Assembly (NCBI GenBank): GCA_002189035.1
Contig: NEEC01000016.1
Location: 744,001 to 808,000, forward strand
DNA from: Utricularia gibba
Taxonomy: Eukaryota > Plantae > Magnoliophyta
DNA length: 64,000 nucleotides
Reading direction: 5' to 3'
Position 1 is the first letter of the stretch, and each line of letters starts with the position of its first letter. Below the pieces are notes generated by a model, which was not told the origin of the DNA, did no database searches, and saw nothing but the letters and a program-made list of their open reading frames with translations. Positions 1 through 13,306 of the stretch are shown here, in pieces. A program made the position numbers and the translations under genes.

Positions 1-887
1 TTTTTGAATTTTTCACTTTGATATCTTCCTTTGACTGCTGGGAGGTTGTTTTTGACGGGTTCACAAAACCGTTTTTATTTATTTACACATTAATAATGTG
101 AATATTACGAGAAACTATTGTTGGGCTGGGGACTGATTAGTTGATAATATCTAAAAAATCACATTAAATCAATTATGAATTATTATTGCCGTATATTAAT
201 TTAAATCATGATTAAATTTAATAATTTTTTATAAGTAAATATATTGAAATTTAAAAAAAAAATAATGAAGGATTCAATAATGATGCATGCATGTAAACCA
301 TTCACCATTTTTTTGAAAAACAATCATCCTTACATTATCTCTCACACATTAAGATCAAAATTTTATATATAGGATAATTATTTTCATATATAGTAATAAT
401 AGGATGGTTAATTTTCTAAATTAACGAAATTAATATATTCTCGTAGGTGTGGGGTCCGCAACACAGGGGGCAATGCCAGCTGTCCGGCGGTGGACTGGAC
501 TACAATACAATGGATGTGGGCTGGGCGGGTGTGAAGGGGCAGTCGTGTAATCTGGTCATTTTTTGGCTTTCGAGTGGTGACAGTGGCTCGACGAACCCTA
601 GTGGTAAATTCGGAGAGGTAAATTCGATCGTGATTCTTGTCCCGTCGGGTTTTGTACTTTTGAGTTGGTTTCGGGTTTCTTTGGTGATAGAGTATGCGTT
701 TGGAGGCAGGATTGCACCGTTTTTTTTTTTTTGAATCGCATTTTTTATGGAGGCCTTGGATTCCGGCACTTCGGTGGAATGATAACGTGATATGGGTTTT
801 TCATGTTTGTATTTGGGGCGGGGTGGAGAATGCAGTTCATTTGAATAAAGATTGTATTCTGAAAGCAGGTTTCTCAGCTGGAATTGA

Positions 888-1500
<613 letters not shown>

Positions 1501-1865
1501 GCTTCATTACAATGGCGGTAGCAGTTTGATTTTGTTCACAGTTTGAGGGATTGTCTACGCGTGCTGATTGAACATTTGGCTTTTGTTTCATTCTCTGAAT
1601 TGCTGGGAAACGTTTTTGAACTGCTCATTAGCTTGAGAATGCAAATCATGCCAGACAACTGCTGGCTTTTCCTTGCAAAGTGGTATGCATTCACAGGAAC
1701 ATAATCTTGTGCATTCAACAATGGATCCCGTGCCAGAAGCAGTTAACACAACTCGACACACCAATTGGAAAAATCAAGAACATGGATTGATGCAGTGATG
1801 GTCTCCACAACCACAAACATCGATTTTTATTGAACCAGAGAAGTTACCAGTGTCGGATGTATGTC

Positions 1866-2543
1866 TCAGCCTCTCAAGGAAGCAGCAGCACCTCCCTTTG
1901 ATAGATCCTCAAGCGCCTTGGATATCTGCTCTTCGCTCAGCCCCTCCAACCGTACTTCTCGCTCGACACCCATGTCTGTGTAAGAAAGACAGCATCCATG
2001 ACTTGATCAGTTGCCTTCATCAGATAGCAGCTACAAGCCATGGCCGATTTGTTTGAGAACTAAACTACATCCAGAGTTGCAATCACAAAGTAATATGCTT
2101 GTTGCATTTTTCTCTATGAAATTCCCAATGAAACTCAAAGAACAAAGGGAGAGTTTATCAAAGAACAATCCGGGTATTCAGACGATACCCAAATCATTCA
2201 GAGTTGAGATTTATCAAACTCAGAACAGCAGCTGCATTGCATAAAATTGGGATCCGGATGCGAAAAATTAAAGCTTACCGTATCTAGCCCAAAGCTGAGG
2301 CTCGATACCAGTTGCCTCACGGATCAAAATCGGGAGCCTAGGGTTCTTCGTTTTCAGATCCTTGTAATGATGCTCGATGAAACTTCTGGGAAGATGTACA
2401 ATGCAGCATTAACCGAAAAAGCAATCGCAATCGACTGAAGAACAAATCAAGCATTACTTGGCAGCCGCACTCGAGGGCGAATCGGGAGAGAAGAGGAAGC
2501 GTAGCTCCTTGATATACCGAGATAACTGGCCCCTCCACGCCAT
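1866..2543 (-). CDS. NDUFA2: NADH dehydrogenase (complex I) alpha subcomplex subunit 2 / B8, 3 exons
   Basis: Manual splicing gives MAWRGQLSRYIKELRFLFSPDSPSSAAA / SFIEHHYKDLKTKNPRLPILIREATGIEPQLWARY / DMGVEREVRLEGLSEEQISKALEDLSKGGAAASLRG*. The NP-LPILIRE motif matches the B8 family. Confidence 0.93.
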
Positions 2544-2915
2544 TTCTCGCAATCAAATGCAACAATATCTGGTTCCAGTTGCAATCGTTTTCACAAATCT
2601 GTGCCCTAATCGCCAAGAACAGACTAATCGGAAAAGGGAACTTACCTGCCAAACGGATCAAGCATTTTGCTCGCAAATTCTACTACTAAAACCCTATACC
2701 CAAATTCGACAAACCGGGAGCGGTGAACCGGGTCAGTGAGGCCGGTCTGGTTTGATTTTATTGACAGATGTACACCCGTGCCATAGTTCTATTCTTGTTG
2801 TCCGTCTGTGCGTGCCCCAAGGGAGAAGCTTTCCTCTTGAGCACATCGACCCCAGGAAACAGAGTTTTTTCTCAGCCTTAGAATCCCGTCCTTGAGGAAT
2901 TCTTCTGTCGTCGCG

Positions 2916-4051
2916 ATGGTATGGACTTCTTGGTTTCAGTGTTGTTTCTGGGGTGTTTGTTTTTTCTTTTTTCTTTTTAGGCTAGGTTTCGTGTGTGTAT
3001 TCCTTACGCTTTCTGCGAACTTTGTGCTTTTTTTTTTTGAGTTCAAAGCGAAATCACTTTCTCTTCGGATTCAATTTCTTGTGCTCAAGCTCTCGTGTGA
3101 CTATTAGCCGAATCTGAGAGGAGTCTTACTGTAGCAACTCTGTTGCTGTTGGTGGTTTTTTTTGTTGTTTGATATAACATGCTACGGTTGCGGGGATTTA
3201 GCATTCTAGTGTTTTTTCATGGAGTTCGTGACTGTTAGAATGATTGTATACATGGGTTTATGCCGTTTCTTCTTATGTTTTTGGACTCCAACTCTGGATT
3301 ACAGAAAAGGGAATGGTCTGGAATTCATAAAACAGTGTGTATGGAAGTGTTTTTGAAACGAACATCAAGAAGGTGTTTCATTTTCGCATCTCCTGTGGCT
3401 ATGTAACATTTTTTGTGGTTTCTCTGTTTGGAAATTCATGTTTTTACATTCTGTGGTATACTGAATAAAGGTAAAAGATCAAGTCTTGTAACCATTGTTT
3501 TACTCAGCGTTTATGTTTGTGTTTTCCTTACTCGGGTTTCCATTCGCTTCTCAGGCTAATGCAGCTTCTGGAATGGCTGTTCATGATGATTGCAAGCGCA
3601 AGTTTATGGAACTGAAAGCTAAACGTACACACCGCTTCATTGTCTTCAAGATTGAAGAGAAGCAGAAACAGGTACTTGTGGAAAAGCTTGGTGAACCAAC
3701 CCAAACATATGAAGACTTCACTGCAAGCCTACCAGCTGAGGAGTGCAGATATGCTGTTTATGATTTCGAGTTTATGACCGAAGGGAATGTTCCTAAGAGC
3801 AGGATTTTCTTCGTCGCATGGTAATTTCCTTATCTTTTTTATAAGCATGTTATCAGACCATGGACACCCTCTGTATATGATGATAACTCGGTGGACTTAG
3901 GTCGCCTGACACTGCCAAGGTGAGGAACAAAATGATCTACGCCAGCTCAAAGGACAGGTTCAAGAGGGAATTGGATGGCATTCAGGTTGAGCTGCAAGCT
4001 ACTGATCCAACGGAAATGTCTCTCGAAGTTTTCCAAACTCGTGCGAATTAG
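2916..4051 (+). CDS. ADF: Actin-depolymerizing factor (ATG-only first exon)
   Basis: ATG 2916-2918 is followed by GT; exon 3555-3820 reads [28 protein letters not shown]...SRIFFVAW; exon 3901-4051 reads [36 protein letters not shown]. This is the canonical plant ADF structure. Confidence 0.96.
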
Positions 4052-4416
4052 TTCCAGCAGAGTAAGATATTAGCTCTCTGCTGGACCCTAAAGAGTGTTT
4101 GTTTGCTTGTAGTCATCCTCCTGGCTGTGAAATGATCTTCACTCAGTCAATGTATTATTGGTGTTGTCCCTACAGAGCATATTTTGCTGTTGTCCTTCCC
4201 GTCTTTACTTCCTGGGGTGTCTCAGTTGTGTGGTTGGAACTGGATTCTGGAATACCATCTCCTTAATGTAATGGTTTTTCAAATTCCATGCTTTCACTCT
4301 GCTCCATAGGAGGAAAATGGTTTATGTTAGTATGTTACATGATACAACAAAGAACAATAAGCAAGCTGCTCTATACAATTGCACCAAATCCAGTTTTCAA
4401 TGGTGAACATGTCCTG

Positions 4417-7023
4417 TTAGCATCGACACGAATTCATTGTAATCGCATTCATAAGATGAGCATTGGTTGCTGGAGTTAGCTTCAGGCCTCGTTTGATCAT
4501 ATCAGTCTTCAACTGAAGACTCTTGGAGTATTCTCCTGCTGTGCAACATGAGTGTATCAGAAAATTATAGGCAACAGCATCAGGCTCAATCCCCTGAGAC
4601 AACATAGTCTCCCAGAGCCTCAAGGCTCCTTGCAAATCACCTATCCCACAATATGCAAACATAACAGTTGAATAGCTTATGCAGTCTGGAAAAATACGGT
4701 TGTTGGTCATCTCAACAAGTGTTTCAGAAGCATTTTCCATTTTGCCCCACTTGCAGAAACCTCGAATCAAGATATTGTACGTGATGTTGTTAGCAAGGGA
4801 GGCGCTGAGCATCATTTTATGCAGCTTTATAGCCTCTTCCATGTTGCCTACTCTGGTAAAATGATCAAGAAAGCAGCCACAGGTGAATTCATTAGGAGTA
4901 ACATTTCTGGAAAGCATGTCCTCATACAGAGTCTCCACCTTGTCAATGGATCCTGCTTTACATAGGCTATCGATCATTGTGGTGTAGGTCACCACATTAG
5001 GGAAGACACCTTCACTGATCATGAGATCCCAATGAGCCTTGGCCATTTTCAAATCTCCTTCTTTTCCATACTTGTCTATGATGCTAGTATAGACCACCTT
5101 ATCAGGACTTAAACCCTGATCATGAATCTGCTTCAAAGTGTTCATGAACAATCTTGTATCTTTTTGTCCAAGAGCTTCTTGAATGATGATAGAATAGCAT
5201 ACAAGATCCATTTCCACACCCCTTTCCTTCATCTCTTCACAAACATTCAGTGCGTCCTCCAATTTACTGTGCTTACAGTAACCATGTACTAGTTCAGAAT
5301 AACACATCTCATTCAACATATGATTTCCCTTCCACAGATCATCCAGGAATTGCTTGGCCTCACATAGCTTACCCACAGAACAAAGCCCAGAAATTAGAGA
5401 CCTATAGGTATATGTGTCAGCTTGTAAGCCCTTTTTTGTCATCTCATCAAACATTTCGAATGCTCTCGTAACATTGCCTATCCTGCAAAGGCCATAAACT
5501 AAAACGTTATATGTAACCTCATTGGGAGCAACATTAAGCTCACCCATTTTATTGAACAAATTGCATGCTTCAACCACCATATTTGCAAGACAAAGTCCAT
5601 ACATAAGTGCTGTGACTGTTTGAACATTAGGTGAAATCCCTTTCCCTGTCATCTCATGATACAACCAGAGCGCCTTTTTTACTTTGTTCATTTTACAGTA
5701 GCCATCAATCAGCGTTGTATATGTTACAACTGTGTGAGCCAAGCCTTTCGTTTCTGCATCCACGAACAGTCTCTCTGCTGCATCCAATCTTCCCAACTTG
5801 CAGTATCCACTAAGTAGTATGTTATATGTGTAAATTGTTGGGCGCATTCCATTACTGAGCATTTTACCAAGAAAGGCCATAGCTTTGTCAACTTTTCCCC
5901 TCTTACAATACAAATCAATGATAATGTTGTATGTTATATCACTGGTGAGCAACCCCTTTTGCTCCATCTTCGTGAATACTCGCTCTATGTATTCCAAATG
6001 GTTATTTTTACCCAAGGAGTGGATCAAACCATTACAAACATACATATTGGGCAGCTGCCCTAGTTTGCTAACCTTCTCAAATAACTCATAAGCACTGACA
6101 ACATCCCCTCTTCTTCTCATTCCATCAAGCACAGATGATAAAGCCTCACCACTTGGAACAATGCCATTCGCTACCATCTCATCTACCATACCTCGAGCAA
6201 CATCAAACTCATTCTCTTTGCAAAGTCCAAAGATCAATGTACAGTAGGTGACTACATCAGCCTGCAAGGTTTTAAGAGTCATCATCTTCTTAACCTCAAT
6301 GGCGTCCAACAACATTCCATTCTTACACAGCCCATGGATCACAACGTTGTATGGAACCACATTCATTTGGCAGGACTCATTATTCTCAACTTGGCTAATC
6401 ATTTCCTTTGCTCTTCCAAAGTCCTTCAACTCACACAAGCTCTGAATGACAGCGGTATACACGTATATATCTGGCTGCAACTTGGAATCCAAAAAGAGCT
6501 CATGAAATAAGCTAAGAACCATATCAGATCTTCGTATCTTGATTAACGCATTCAGCATCGCACTAATAGTCCTAACTTCCGTAAACAATCCACGTTCATT
6601 CATTAACTTCACGACCAAAACAGAATCCAAAACTCTTCTCCGCTGAATATAGCTCTGTACTAACAAATCGAATCCATAAACAGAATCAAAATTGAATCTT
6701 GTATATGAAATAAACATGCTCCAAAAAACAACTCCAGGGTCACCCTTCCTTTCCAGAAGGGTCTGCAAAAGAGATGACGCCGGCCAGTAAAGCTTCGACC
6801 GGACTAAAGAGTGAACCATCAAACAGAAGGACTCCGTGGAATGGGGGAAGTTCTTGTGAAGACCTAGAAAATTGAAGAAACGGAGGGCTAACCTGGAATC
6901 ATGGAGATTCCGAAGAATGAATTTTTCCACATGATGTGGGCTGAGGCGATTGAAGATGGAGGCTGACTCGAGAGCCACGGACCACCTCTGCTTGCCGCGG
7001 ACGACGTTGTCCAGCTCGGCCAT
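4417..7023 (-). CDS. P-class pentatricopeptide repeat protein, intronless (resembles At5g59900 as recalled); true start may lie at about 7115-7130
   Basis: 868-aa ORF of tandem 35-aa repeats (e.g. VVTYCTLIFGLCKENEFDVA, VTYTTLIDGYCKMNKVKKA). N-terminal LRFFNFLGLHKNFPHSTESFCLMVHSL block. Confidence 0.93.
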   Translation of the reverse strand: MAELDNVVRGKQRWSVALESASIFNRLSPHHVEKFILRNLHDSRLALRFFNFLGLHKNFPHSTESFCLMVHSLVRSKLYWPASSLLQTLLERKGDPGVVFWSMFISYTRFNFDSVYGFDLLVQSYIQRRRVLDSVLVVKLMNERGLFTEVRTISAMLNALIKIRRSDMVLSLFHELFLDSKLQPDIYVYTAVIQSLCELKDFGRAKEMISQVENNESCQMNVVPYNVVIHGLCKNGMLLDAIEVKKMMTLKTLQADVVTYCTLIFGLCKENEFDVARGMVDEMVANGIVPSGEALSSVLDGMRRRGDVVSAYELFEKVSKLGQLPNMYVCNGLIHSLGKNNHLEYIERVFTKMEQKGLLTSDITYNIIIDLYCKRGKVDKAMAFLGKMLSNGMRPTIYTYNILLSGYCKLGRLDAAERLFVDAETKGLAHTVVTYTTLIDGYCKMNKVKKALWLYHEMTGKGISPNVQTVTALMYGLCLANMVVEACNLFNKMGELNVAPNEVTYNVLVYGLCRIGNVTRAFEMFDEMTKKGLQADTYTYRSLISGLCSVGKLCEAKQFLDDLWKGNHMLNEMCYSELVHGYCKHSKLEDALNVCEEMKERGVEMDLVCYSIIIQEALGQKDTRLFMNTLKQIHDQGLSPDKVVYTSIIDKYGKEGDLKMAKAHWDLMISEGVFPNVVTYTTMIDSLCKAGSIDKVETLYEDMLSRNVTPNEFTCGCFLDHFTRVGNMEEAIKLHKMMLSASLANNITYNILIRGFCKWGKMENASETLVEMTNNRIFPDCISYSTVMFAYCGIGDLQGALRLWETMLSQGIEPDAVAYNFLIHSCCTAGEYSKSLQLKTDMIKRGLKLTPATNAHLMNAITMNSCRC

Positions 7024-8706
7024 GAAATTTTCGTCATCAAGTATTCGGCGAGGGCGTAGACTGAAACCCTTGTTCTGGAACCTGGGAATGAGTCCTTTAC
7101 CCGCGGCGCCCTCATTCTCCGGGCAAGCATTTTTTCAGGAAGCCATCGGCGGCGAATTCCATGGCAACAACGGTGACGCTTTTTGGTGTACGTGGCGGTA
7201 CTTTTAGTTATCCGCAACGTACATCAACAAAGACGCGCCCGTCAAGGAAATTGGGGATTACGAATTCATTCGGCCAAGCGCCAACAGAAGAGAAGACGAC
7301 CCAATCGCGGCATTTATAACAAAGGAACAACCTGGCCGGGAATTCCCTTTTTTGTGATAAAATCCGGAAGACGTCGGAATCACAATGCCTCCGCCGTCAA
7401 ATGTTGGGGGGTTCCGATCATCACCGCGGCCCTGGCAACCGGGTACGAGATAGCTAAAAAGCCCCAACTCTACCGCTTATTTACAAATATGATCCCCTTT
7501 TCCCTTTCCGAAATTAACACACAAATTTTATTCCGAGTGTCAATTTGTAAAAATTAATAAATTGAAAAATAATTATATTTTATCAAATAATAGTATTTAA
7601 TAAAAATGTCTCATTTTAATGTAAAATTTTATAATTATCAAAGATATATATCTTAATACTATATTTTAATTAATCAACTAAATTGATCAATTTGTATTTT
7701 GAAGGTTTATGTAAGGTAAGATGTTTTATAATGATATTCTATATTGATTATAGATAAAAAAAATAAATGTGTTTAGATAAATAGATTATCTTAATATTAT
7801 ATGAGGCTTTGTAATTGAAATGAAAAAACGTAAAATTATGAGAATTATATACTAGAATCAAATAATATTATGTAAAGAAAAAGATGAATCGATATATTCG
7901 ATATTAAAATCAAATTCGAACAAATACTAATGGTAAAACAAGGTGGCACTCGGTAAGAATACTTATTGTATAAAAGAGGAGAAATATAAATTTATTTGAC
8001 TTATGATGATATTTTAAATTAATTATGTATAAAGTAAATACGTTTAAATAGAATAATTATTCTATTTAAATTATGAAGTTTGAATGTTTCAAACAAGTAA
8101 TATCATATAAAATAGGTGTGTCGGTTTACATGAAAAAATTATTTAACATTTTACTCCATGATATTAAATATCATTATTTACATATATCTTAATTAACATA
8201 TTTTTTTCGCGATCCCTTTGTCCACAGGCCGGCACCGCTTTCGCCCCCACCCATCATGCGCAGGCACCCCTCTTCCTCCTTGCTTCTATAGCTTATGAGT
8301 GTGTTTGGTAAAAACGATAAAGAGGTATAATTAAATGATAAAAAAAATTAGAATGTTTGATATGTGAGATAAACTAAGAATAAGTTATACCATGAATATG
8401 ATATAAAATAATGATAAGGAAGTACATGACATAAAATTATATTATAATATACCTTCGTCTTTTATTAGGCGATGGGGATCTCACCGGACCTTTCTTACAA
8501 TGAAGGCGGCCAACGGGAAACGTTCAAAACTGTCGGGCTTTGCTTCCATTAGAGAAATCAGAGAAGCCGTCTCTGTATTCGCGAATCCTGGCCACGGTCT
8601 TAATTCAAAACTCAACAGTAAATAATGACCCAGGATCGCTTCCTGGTTTGGACCTTCGCGTAGTATATAAAACACCCAGACTTTTACAGATTCTCATGCT
8701 TTTGGA

Positions 8707-10287
8707 ATGAGTTGCTTCCATTTCACCTCCGGCGGCGAGCAGCAGCCTTCCGACGGCGGGAAAACAGGTGGGTATCAACGGAAGCTGACATGGGCCCGTT
8801 CTCTGAGCGTGGCGTCGACGAATCTGGACTCACGGCGGTCGGAGGTGGACGCGGAGTCACGGAGGGACTGGGAATCACGATTGCTGTTCAACGATTTCTT
8901 GGCTCAGAGAATGTGCAACGATCTGCGGGTATTCTCCTTTTCGGAGCTGAAATCGGCCACCCGAGGGTTTAGCCGCAGTCTCATCATCGGAGAAGGCGGC
9001 TTCGGCTGCGTTTACCGCGGCCGGATCCAGGACTCCGACACCGATGTGGCGATCAAGCAGCTGAACAGGAACGGATTCCAGGCATGCCCTTTACCATTTT
9101 CACCTCCCAATTATTCTCTCAAGTTGCTCTCTAGATCATCCTTTACTGCCTGCTTCTTCTTCCTTCTGCACAAGAAGACACAGATAGGCACAATCTACAA
9201 CTCTAGCTTCGTTTGAACCATAAGCTTACTTGTTTCAGTTGTCACATCTAGTCATCAGGGGCATGAGGAATGGATAAACGAAGTGATCATGTTGGGTGTG
9301 CTGAATCACCCCAATCTTGTGAAGCTGGTAGGCTACTGTGCTGATGATGACGAGAGAGGAATTCAGCGTTTGCTGGTGTATGAACTTATGCCCAACAAAA
9401 GCTTGGAAGATCACTTACTGTCTCGGTCAAATGCTCCTCTCCCCTGGAGCCTGAGATTGGGGATTGCTCGAGATGCAGCTCGTGGGCTGGCATACCTCCA
9501 TGAGGAGATGGAGTTTCAGGTACTGGAGCTTCCCTTTTAATCATCCCTCTGTGTCATTGTCTGCTGTTGAATAGCACACTGGGAGATGAACTTCTTGTGC
9601 CTTGTTTCCTTAGTTGATATTCAGAGACTTGAAGACATCAAACGTTCTTCTGGATGAGAACTTCAATGCAAAGCTATCAGATTTCGGGTTTGCCAGGCAG
9701 GGACCTGCTGCTGGATCTGCTCACGTTTCTTCACCTGTGAGTTCAGTTCTGTCCCTCTTGAACATGTTCGGCTGTGAGTTCAGTTCAGTCCCTTCTGAAG
9801 TATAGCATTTCAGGTTGTTGGAACAGTAGGTTATGCAGCACCGGAATACCTCCATACAGGCAGATTGACTGTCAAAAGCGATGTATGGAGCTTCGGCATT
9901 GTTCTGTTCGAGCTCATCACCGGCAGACGAGTGATAGAGAGAAACCTGCCGCGGGACGAGCAGCAGCTTTTGGACTGGGTAAAGCCTTACGTTGGGGACC
10001 CCAAAAAGTTCCACATGATTTTGGATCCGAGGCTCCAAGGGGAGAGCTGCATGGAGTCTGCGCAGAAACTGGTGTCTTTAGCCAACAAGTGCCTGCTCAA
10101 GAACCCAAAATCACGACCCAAAATGAGTGAAGTAGTCCAGATTCTTGAGAGTATCTCAAATGAGACTGTGGCTGATTGCATGCGTCAAGCTGCTAATGAA
10201 GAAATGGCTCAAGAAGCAGCAGGCGTTGGATGCGTGAGCGTCGACCGCAGCATCTTCTTCCTGAAAAAAGGGTTATTTAGACTGTAG
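8707..10287 (+). CDS. Receptor-like cytoplasmic kinase, RLCK-VII PCRK1-like, 4 exons
   Basis: Exons 8707-9081, 9259-9519, 9614-9736 and 9814-10287. Motifs [63 protein letters not shown]. Intron 1 is GC-AG. Confidence 0.93.
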
Positions 10288-10608
10288 GGGGATGGTCCAG
10301 AGGCATAGGTACCTAGTGAAGCTGCGCCTTGGAAGATCATCCCTCCATATTTGGTGAAGGGTGCTTGATGATTTCTTTTGTTCTTTTGCTTGCTTGGGTA
10401 TGAAATCAGAGGCTGGTGGCTGATCTTGAAATGCAAGGAGGAAAATGAAGTACTTGAAAATGAGTAAAGAAAAGGTAAGTTGCTGCAGCTATTTACATCG
10501 ATTCATAGTAAAGAATATATTCTCACAACTTGAAGTAACTGTAGCAGAAAATTGGCAACACAAGACGTGCAAAAACAGGCAAACATTTGCCAAGCTAACC
10601 ACACCAAA

Positions 10609-13306
10609 CTAGAGTAAGTACCTCCAAGAAGCAGGTCTGTCTCTGGATATGATGAGAACTCTAGAAAGGGAGTAATCAAATGAAGGAGAATCATACATTT
10701 TCTCTGAGGCTACAACTTCTTTTGCATTCGATGATGAAAGCCCAAAACCATAGTTCAATGCGTCAAAAACATAGAAAGCAGCGCCACATACTCCCATCAC
10801 AAACCTTGAATTCCCCCAAACTTGAGTCAATGATGCGTAGTGGTCATGAACGTTATTCAATTCCGGTAAAGTGAAAGTTCGTACAAGCTTCTGTTGGCGC
10901 AGGGATAGCTGATCGATGTGAGAGCAAGACTGGTTTTTGGTAGCAAATGAGCGTAAATTTGTGCACCCTATGAAAAGGGAATCTCCACGGGAGAAAGCTG
11001 CCTGCATACTCACTCCGATTTTTGCAATCTTCATACAGATACCATATGGTTGTCGAAAATCAAGCACATTAATGGTATCACCAGTACAGAAAACACCATC
11101 ATTTCCCGTCTCTTGTGAGGTAGTTCTGTGATGGAAAAGAATGCTCAAAAGATGAGCAACAATTTAACCACAGTCTGATCCGAAAATTAGAAGTAAAACA
11201 AGGTAATCCAGGCATTAGTGAGGAAGGCACTGATATGTGCAGAAAGCAATTTATGACCCCCCCCCCCCCCCCCAGAAAATCAAATGGTTATATCTGAGGC
11301 ATTAGAGATGTGTTTACCTCTGCCTCACACCTCCACCCAGTTCTGCGTCAGAATTCTTTATATGCATGGCAGATATATTCCTTAGTGATGAGGCTGAACA
11401 CACAGCCTGTGAATTGAGGGAACTCACATCCCACGTAGAAACACGATCCGTCTCTGCTATTACAACTTTACTTCTGTTCCTCCACTGCAGAGGACTTGAG
11501 TAATTCATGGCCGCAACAGGTTTCCGGGATTCCCATTTCATTACTTGATCACCATCACGAATATCGTAAACTTTAACCTCTTTTTGGATGCTGGACGAGG
11601 ACACAATAAGTGGTCCGCATGGTTGATACCACCACCGCCTGTTGTCAGTTGAAAGTGCAGGAACAAAATTCCCTTTGCAGATTGTGCTGTTATTTGACAG
11701 AGGAGCAGGATCAGTTTCCACGGGGCCAGAGTCACTCTCAAAATGGAATGCTCGAATACTTTTATCATAAAAGTCCCAAGAGCAGAACCCTGACTCCCCT
11801 GAATTCCCAGCTGATGCTGCAACCACATATTTCCCTGTGCATCCATCTGCACCAGGGGCACGGATTATCCAACAATCCCTCCACAGATTAGGATAGATAC
11901 CCGAAGGAGGGTTATATTCAGCCTTCTCCTGCACAGACACCCAACTATTAGCAGAATGTCAACTATAGAGCCCATAGTTTTTTAGACATGACATGACCTG
12001 CGCCAAGAATAGGGGAAAATACAATAAAATAACACATTACAATTGTGCATACCTCACAGTTAGCAGTATCATAGAAAGAACATGTCCCGTCATCATGAGC
12101 AAGAAGAACACTATCTCCTTCAGATACAAACCATCCAGCAGTTGAGGACTTGATACCAATGTCATTCATCTGAGATTTTGAAACTTCTTCATCCATTGTC
12201 ATTAAAGTAACCTTTTCTTCATCATAACCATTGAAAGTCTTATCAGATATTAAAAGGGAATCAACATTGTCACTTCTATTCCCCAGCACATTCAAAGTAG
12301 AGCATTTGGCAGTTGAAGATACAATTTCATCCATCTCTCGGGCTTCACTAGAATCTGAAATCGAATCTGCTTCTATTTCAAAAGAAGGATCTTGGCATTC
12401 TACTGCAGTAGCATTATCACGGGAAGAAACTAAATTGCCATCAGTAATTACACTAGAAGCCCTGTCCCAAATCAACTTCTGGTGCGGAAATGTATCTTCC
12501 AGGTTTTCAGCATTCAGTCCTTGAATATGAATTTGGGAATCCATCACAGATTTGTTGCTCTTCTCATCATTCTCAAATTTTACACCCCTTGCGATTTCAT
12601 CTTCTTCATCTTTAATGACATTCACCATAGCCTTCTCAATTCCAGAAATCTTTTCTTGTATAACAGATAACATCATCTTTAAAGCATCTGTATTATTCAT
12701 ATCTAGCATTTCTTTAGTCTTATTAATATCAGTGGCCATATGTTCCGCTTTACCTTCTGGATCAGCCAGCTTCTCGTGTAGCTTGCCAAGATACTTGCCG
12801 GAACGCTTTTCTCTAGAGGAACCACTCACCCTATCCTCCAGTTTTGACCTTCTCAAACTAGAAACCTCACCTAGTGGAGCACCAATTTTCGGGAAGAGAT
12901 TTGAAACTCTCTTTTTCTTAGAAGAATGAAACTGAAACTTTTCGGATGATGAGGAGTCAAGATTATAATCTTCACCGTCACCTTTCACAGGGTCACCCAT
13001 GGTAATTTTCATATCCGAACTTTTAGCACTGTTTTGAAACATGTCCTTGTTTTTAGACAACATGGAGCTCAACTCCAAGCCTTTCTTCCCATCATCGCTA
13101 CTAGAATCGACAGCAATGTCAACGACGTTCAGATCCTTTAAATCCATTCTCTTCTCAGAATTATGGCCTTTGGAGAGTGATGACTCCGGTAGCGAGGGCT
13201 TTTTTCTGTTATCTGAAAAAGTCCCTCTGAACTCCTCATGACCAGGGCTCCTGCCTCTGGGAACCGACGAAGTAGATCTCCTAGAACGTGAATTTAATTC
13301 TTCCAT
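10609..13306 (-). CDS. KIN14B(KCA)-interacting WD40-like protein (At4g14310-like as recalled), 3 exons, N-terminus apparently shortened
   Basis: Exons about 13306-12053, 11928-11318 and 11126-10609. Family motifs STSSVPRGRS, AGWFVSEGDSVLLAHDDGTCSFYD, WIIRAPGADGCTGKYVVAASAGN, MNYSSPLQWRNR, GNDGVFCT, PSFDYSLSRVLIISRDRPASW. Confidence 0.85.

Noticed and set aside
770-865. Possible C/D snoRNA in the RPS15A leader intron
   Set aside because: There is no good RUGAUGA box C, terminal stem or recognisable rRNA guide; a lone CTGA is not enough.
11257-11273. C17 run (G17 on the sense strand) in an intron as a regulatory G-quadruplex
   Set aside because: A simple homopolymer of uncertain assembled length, with no supporting context.
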